DNA from: Heteronotia binoei | Lineage: Eukaryota | NCBI RefSeq assembly: GCF_032191835.1 | Contig: NC_083237.1 | Span: 12,152,001-12,216,000 of the forward strand | DNA: 64,000 nt | Direction of reading: 5' to 3' | In this document: piece by piece, positions 58,645-64,000 of the stretch | How positions within the stretch are numbered: position 1 is the stretch's first letter | Layout: each line of letters opens with the position of its first letter | Translations under genes and position numbers: made by a program | Notes under the pieces: generated by a model | Told to the model about the DNA's origin: nothing | Database searches by the model: none | What the model saw: the letters and a program-made list of their open reading frames with translations, nothing else

Positions 58645-59956
58645 GGGGTGCCGCAGGGCTCAGTACTGGGTCCCATGCTCTTTAACTTGTTCATAAATGA
58701 TTTGGAGTTGGGAGTGAGCAGTGAAGTGGCCAAGTCTGCAGATGACGCTAAATTGTTCAGGGTGGTGAGAACCAGAGAGGATTGTGAGGCACTCCAAAGG
58801 GATCTGTTGAGGCTGGGTGAGTGGGCAGATGAGGTTCAGTGTGGCCAAGTGCAAACTGCAAAGCAATGCACATTGGGGCCAAGAATCCCAGCTACAAATA
58901 CAAGTTGATGGGTTGTGAACGGCAGAGACTGACCAAGAGAAAGATCTTGGGGTCATGGTAGATAACTCACTGAAAATGTCAAGACAGTGTGCGTTTGCAA
59001 TAAAAAAGGCCAACGCCATGCTGGGAATTATTAGGAAGGGAATTGAAAACAAATCAACCAGTATCATAAACCCCTGTATAAATCGATGGTGCAGTCTCAT
59101 TTGGAATACTGTGTGCAATTCTGGTCACCGCACCTCAAAAAGGATATTATAGCATTGGAAAAAGTCCAGAAAAGGGCAACTAGAATGATTAAAGGGCTGG
59201 AACACTTTCCCTATGAAGAAAGGTTGAAACTCTTGGGACTCTTTAGCTTGGAGAAACGTCAACTGCGGGGTGACATGATTAGGGTTGCCAAGTCCAATTT
59301 AAGAAATATCTGGGGACTTTGGGGGTGGAGCCAGGAGTCTTTGGGGGTGGAGCCAGGAGACATTGGGGGCGGAGCCAAGAGCAAGGGTGTGACAAGCATA
59401 ATTGAACTTCAAGAGAGTTCTGGCCATCACATTTAAAGGGACTGCACAAATTTTTAAATGCCTTCCATAGGAAATAATGAAGGATAGGGGCACCTTCTTT
59501 TGGGGCTCATAGAATTGGACCCCCTGGTCCAATCCTTTTGAAACTTGGGAGGTATTTTGGGGAGAGGCACTAGATGCTATACTGAAAATTTGGTGCCTCT
59601 ATCTCAAAAAACAGCCCCCCCAGAGCCCCCGATACCCGCGGATCAATTCCCCATCATTCCCTATGGGAATCGTTCATAGAGGTGCATGATGGCTCTGGGG
59701 GCGGGGCTTCCCCCGCCGGCCAGCTGGCTGGGGGAGGGGGGAAGCCTGTAAAACCAGGAGATCCCCCTCTGGGACCTGGGGATTGGGAAGCCTAGACATG
59801 ATATAGGTTTACAAGATAATGCATGGGATGGAGAAAGTAGAGAAAGAAGTACTTTTCTCCCTTTCTCACAATACAAGAACTTGTGGGCATTCAATGAAAT
59901 TGCTGAGCAGTCAGGTTAAAACGGATAAAAGGAAGTACTTCTTCACCCAAAGGGTG
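58645..59956 (+). mobile_element. CR1 LINE fragment interrupted by a hAT element
   Basis: [24 protein letters not shown] and FSLEKR motifs. Confidence 0.9.
59280..59794 (+). mobile_element. Non-autonomous hAT-like element nested in CR1
   Basis: Perfect TSD gacatgat interrupting the CR1 GDMI codons; same family as 1947-2710. Confidence 0.88.
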
Positions 59957-61282
59957 GAATAGATAAAGAACTGCTTTTAACAAATAGCTGACTGGCTTAT
60001 TCTTACTTATGGGACATCCAGGGATCCCTGGAAAGATCTGATAGTAGCAACTAGCATAAAGGCAAGGGAAATCCTAGCTTGGGAGAAAATCTAAGTGATT
60101 AGACGTTCCATGGGGACCTCCTTATAGCTTTGCTTGTTGAAAACCACATCAGTATGCCTGTTTTTGTTTTCCTTGTTTTTCTTGTAAGCTTGCTTAATAT
60201 AGAAGTCCCACAAGTTCAGGGCACAAGGGGAACAGCTGGGCCAGCAGGCTGCTTGTGGCATTTCCCCCTGTCACATGGTGTGGTGGGGTAATCAGGTTAT
60301 CAATCACATGACCTAGATCGCACCAGCAGTGCCATCTTGGGGGGGGGGGTGCCGCCCGCAAAGTGACACCACTTCCTGTTTCCCCCCCACAAGTGGTGGC
60401 CATTTTGGGGAAGTTACATCACTTCCTGTTTCCAGCAGGGCTCCCTCGCAAGTGGTGGCCATCTTGCGGAAGTGACATCACCGGAAGTGACATCATATCC
60501 TGTTTCTGGCGGCGTGCACACACATAGGGGGGCCCACATAAATCTTGGGCCCCGGGCCCCCAAAGCCCTAGCTACGCCCCTGATTCAGCCTTGGACCTGG
60601 AACCAGTTCCACGCAAAGAAGACTCATAAATTACAAGTTAAACCATCACATTATGATAGATAACCTAGCATATCTTGCCAGCAACTCTTCAATGGAACTC
60701 AAGGTGGTTTACATATGATTATATCCACCCATTTTATATCCACTTTGAGGTGGGCTACGCTGAGACTTAGCAAATGTCCTAAGGTCATACAGTGAACTTC
60801 ATGTCTGAGTAGGCATCTGAACCCTCATCCTAAATTGACATTCCAAGTTTTACTCTTACAAAATACCAATCCACCAGAAAAAGAAAAGAATGGTTTTAGT
60901 CTGATTAAGAACCACTCCACTCCACCCTGCTGGCTGAATAGGAGACAGAAGAGAGTCTATGTACCTCAGTCTCCACAGAGCTAGTTCAACAAGGTAAAAT
61001 AATCATGGATTAGCAACATCTGTGCTAAATTGCAGTATTGTGGATGCCTAGAATTATTAAAGAACACTTTAATCTCTATCTTGTTTATATTATATATACC
61101 ATGCATATCTCTCTAATTCCCAGCCTCCATTTTGAAGTAAACCAGATGCATATCTTCAGCCACTTTGACCCCCTCCCCAGCTCCACTCTTATAATCAGCC
61201 CAAGTAACATTAGTCAAATCAAGTTGAGGTGATTGGTGATGATAGCTTAGAGTGGAACATAGCCATTCAAGCATGGTACTGT

Positions 61283-61500
61283 TTAACTGGGGTTCCCAAC
61301 CCACAGTTTTAACAGAGCGGCCTTCATCTCTTTATTCCTGAATGTGTAGATGACATCCACGGAGTCCTGAGATGCTGGCCTCAAGTAATGGAAAACGACC
61401 AGGACATAATAGATAACGACCACAGTGATGTGGGCTGAGCACGTGGAGAAGGCCCGGTGACGCCCTTCACTGCTGCTGATCCTCAAAATGGCGGAGACAA
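61283..61500 (-). pseudogene. OR 3' fragment with 48-nt in-frame deletion of TM7
   Basis: RAFSTCSAH present; DSVD joined directly to VIYTFRNKE (GVVSVFYTTVTPFLNP missing); 5' two-thirds absent. Confidence 0.88.
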
Positions 61501-62455
61501 AGAACTAATCCACCAAAAAAGAAAAGAGTGGATTTAGTCTGCAGAAAAACCACTCCATTCCACCACGCTGGATGAACAGGAGATGGATGAGAGTCTAGGG
61601 GTAGTTTCACACAGGAGATTTGCCCCGACCTAGCCCTACCTCCCATTCGGATTAAAAGTGCACAATCACACCAGCACATCTGCCCTCTGAGCCGCACCCA
61701 TATGCACCCCGTCTCCAGATGCCTCCTATCCGCATCAAGAAGCTGCCTGGATTTTCCCCTCAACCCTCCCCCTGAATCAGATGTAGAATGCATAATCGGC
61801 TGCTGTCTGAATGCCCTGGAGCGACTCATAAGCCGAAGAGCTGTGTGATCATGTCAAGTCATTTCCGGCAAGGTTGGGATTTTTTTTCCCCTCACCCCTC
61901 TCTGAGGTGCTCTTGTCCGCTTCTCTGATTGAAGTGGACATGTGCACCTCAGGGGCCCTTTTTAGAAAAAATGACCCTTTCTGCAGTGGTCCGTGGTTGA
62001 GCTGGGCTAGCAGTGCAAATGGGCAACCACAGACAGCTGCTGGGATCCTGTCACTGAAACTGAAGTGGATTTTTTCAGAACAGGATAAAATCATGTTAGT
62101 TTCACAGCGTGAAACCAGCCTAGGTACCTCAGGCTCCACAGAGCCAGTTCAACAAGGTTAAATAACCATGGGCTGGCAACATTTGAGTTAAACTCTGAAA
62201 TTGCTTTTGCCTTAAAATACGTAAAACAAAAACACTTTAATCTCGACTTTGTTTTTGTTTTGTTTTTATGCCATGCATATCTCTCTAATTCACAGCCTCC
62301 ATTTTGTAGTGAACCAGATGCAAATCTACAGCCACTGTGACCCCTTCCCCAGCTCCACTCTGATATTCCGCCCAACCAACATTTGGTGAGACCAAACTGA
62401 GTTGATTAATGATGACAGCTTAGGGCAGAACACAGCAATATAAGCATGCTGTGGT

Positions 62456-63381
62456 TTACTTGGGATTCCCAACCCACAGTTTTGACAGAGTGGCCTTCAT
62501 CTCTTTATTCCTGAATGTGTAGATGACAGGATTCAGAAATGGGGTTACTGTGGTGTAGAACACGCTCAACACAGCATCCATGTAGTCCTGAGATGCTGGC
62601 CTCAGGTAACAGAAAACAATGGGGACATAATAGATTACTACCACAGTGATGTGGGCTGAGCATGTGGAGAAGGCCCGGCGATGCCCTTCACTGCTGCTGA
62701 TCCTCAAAATGGCAGAGACAATATAGACATAGGAGGGGAGGATAAGGATGAAGCAGGTTACAGCCACCAAGCTGACATCCACAAAGATCACTATCTCATT
62801 GAGAGTTGTGTCCATACAAGGCAGCTTCAGCAGGGCAGGGATGTCACAAAAGATGTAGTCGATCTGGTTGTTCCATCCATAGGGCAATTGAAAGGTGAGG
62901 GTCGTCTTTAACACTGAGTTCACGCAGCCTCCGATGATGGAACCCAAACAGAGAGTGAGGCAGGCTCTCCAATGCATGATGTGGCTGTAGTGGGGGGCCT
63001 TGCAGATCGCAATGAAGTGGTCGCAAGACATAATGGTGTAAAGGAGACATTCAGCACATCCGATGGAATTCAGAGAGAATACTTGACATATACATTCTCC
63101 AAAAGAGATGATTTTCCCACCAGGGAATAAACCTGCAATCAATCTGGGGAACAGAACAGAGGAAAAACCCATATCCAGGAAGGACAACTGACAGAGGAAC
63201 CAGTACATGGGCTTGTGCAACTGAACATCAGATGCCACCACCCAGACAATCAGGGAATTTCACAGAGAGTCAGAATGTACATGATCAAGAAGAAGAGTAA
63301 CAGTAGCACCTTCAGTTCTTTGGGGAATGAGAAGCCTGAGATGATGAACACAGCCGGTGCTTTTTGATTTGGACACTCCGT
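62456..63381 (-). pseudogene. Full-length OR pseudogene
   Basis: Start codon reads ACG (cgt at 63379-63381); 1-nt deletion near 63260 (aatttcaca versus aatttccaca in paralogs) shifts the frame; MAYDRF altered to MSCDHF. Confidence 0.9.
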
Positions 63382-64000
63382 TAGCAGAACATTTACATCA
63401 GGGTTGCTGAAACAGGTTCAGGAAGAGTCCCCCCTCCCCTTTTCCACAGCAAGTGCAAGATTACAGTTCCTGTCCCAACATCAATTCACATAACAGAAGA
63501 CTATCCACTCATGGGTATCTGAGTGGTCTTATTTGCAAAGGAAAGCTTTGATAGACCGAAGACCTCAAGGACTTAACAGCAAATTTATTTATAAGTTGCT
63601 AGAATTCAATATGTTTGTGAAAGTTGGAGAGACACACTGAGTTTAAAGTAAGTGGATCAGTACTAAATGTACTGATAACAAACAAATCATTGGATTGATT
63701 CTTTAAAAACACTGCCCTCCCATAAGAGATCAAAGTCCTCCCATAATCTGGAATTGATCTTGGAATACAGAGTCAGACACACCACTAGATCCTTCCCAAC
63801 TAAAGGAATGGTCTCCCCCTTTATGTAGGTACAAAGAGAACTTAAAAGCTACTACAGTTTATGTAGTGTATCGCCATGGCGAGACAACGTAACAACGCAA
63901 GTACACTCAACCAAGCCAGACGCGCCCATGCGCAGAGGCGACTGGGCTGTCCCCAGGCGCCCCAACACAGGGCGCGTAAACCCCGCCAATCACCAACTGC

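Larger units (their letters stand above)
55706..60582. mobile_element. 4.9-kb composite insertion with hAT-like ends and heterogeneous cargo
   Basis: 8-bp TSD attcagcc (55698-55705, 60583-60590); imperfect TIR caatggcgttgggaggg versus caggggcgtagctaggg (12/17); single-copy empty sites at 54491, 51027 and 8145. Confidence 0.75.

Overview
Eukaryotic vertebrate DNA, not prokaryotic. The SINE, LINE and DNA-transposon types point to a squamate, probably a gecko (inference). The window is a birth-and-death cluster of class II olfactory receptor genes most similar to the OR10G/10S group: 5 intact single-exon ORs (4878+, 15701+, 25030-, 29482-, 42271-) and 4 pseudogenes or fragments. They sit in roughly 7-kb cassettes duplicated in inverted orientation. 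The window also holds a 3'-truncated Ty3/Gypsy element of the Tf1/sushi (PEG10-related) type, solo LTRs, hAT and Harbinger-like non-autonomous elements, L1, L2, CR1 and BovB fragments, tRNA- and 5S-derived SINEs, and three N gaps. Most notable: (1) a 4.9-kb insert with an 8-bp target-site duplication and hAT-like ends that carries a CpG island with an apparent first coding exon (candidate gene-capturing Pack-hAT); (2) a Gypsy element with a self-priming 5' end, a GGGAAAC slippery site plus pseudoknot, and a (PPAG)n Gag linker; (3) an OR clade that lacks the conserved ECL2 Cys169 but has an invariant N-terminal Cys3; (4) an internally deleted L1; (5) tandem arrays of CR1 3' ends. No CRISPR, rRNA or true tRNA genes were found. 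Family names come from recalled motifs, not database searches, and repeat boundaries were read by eye.
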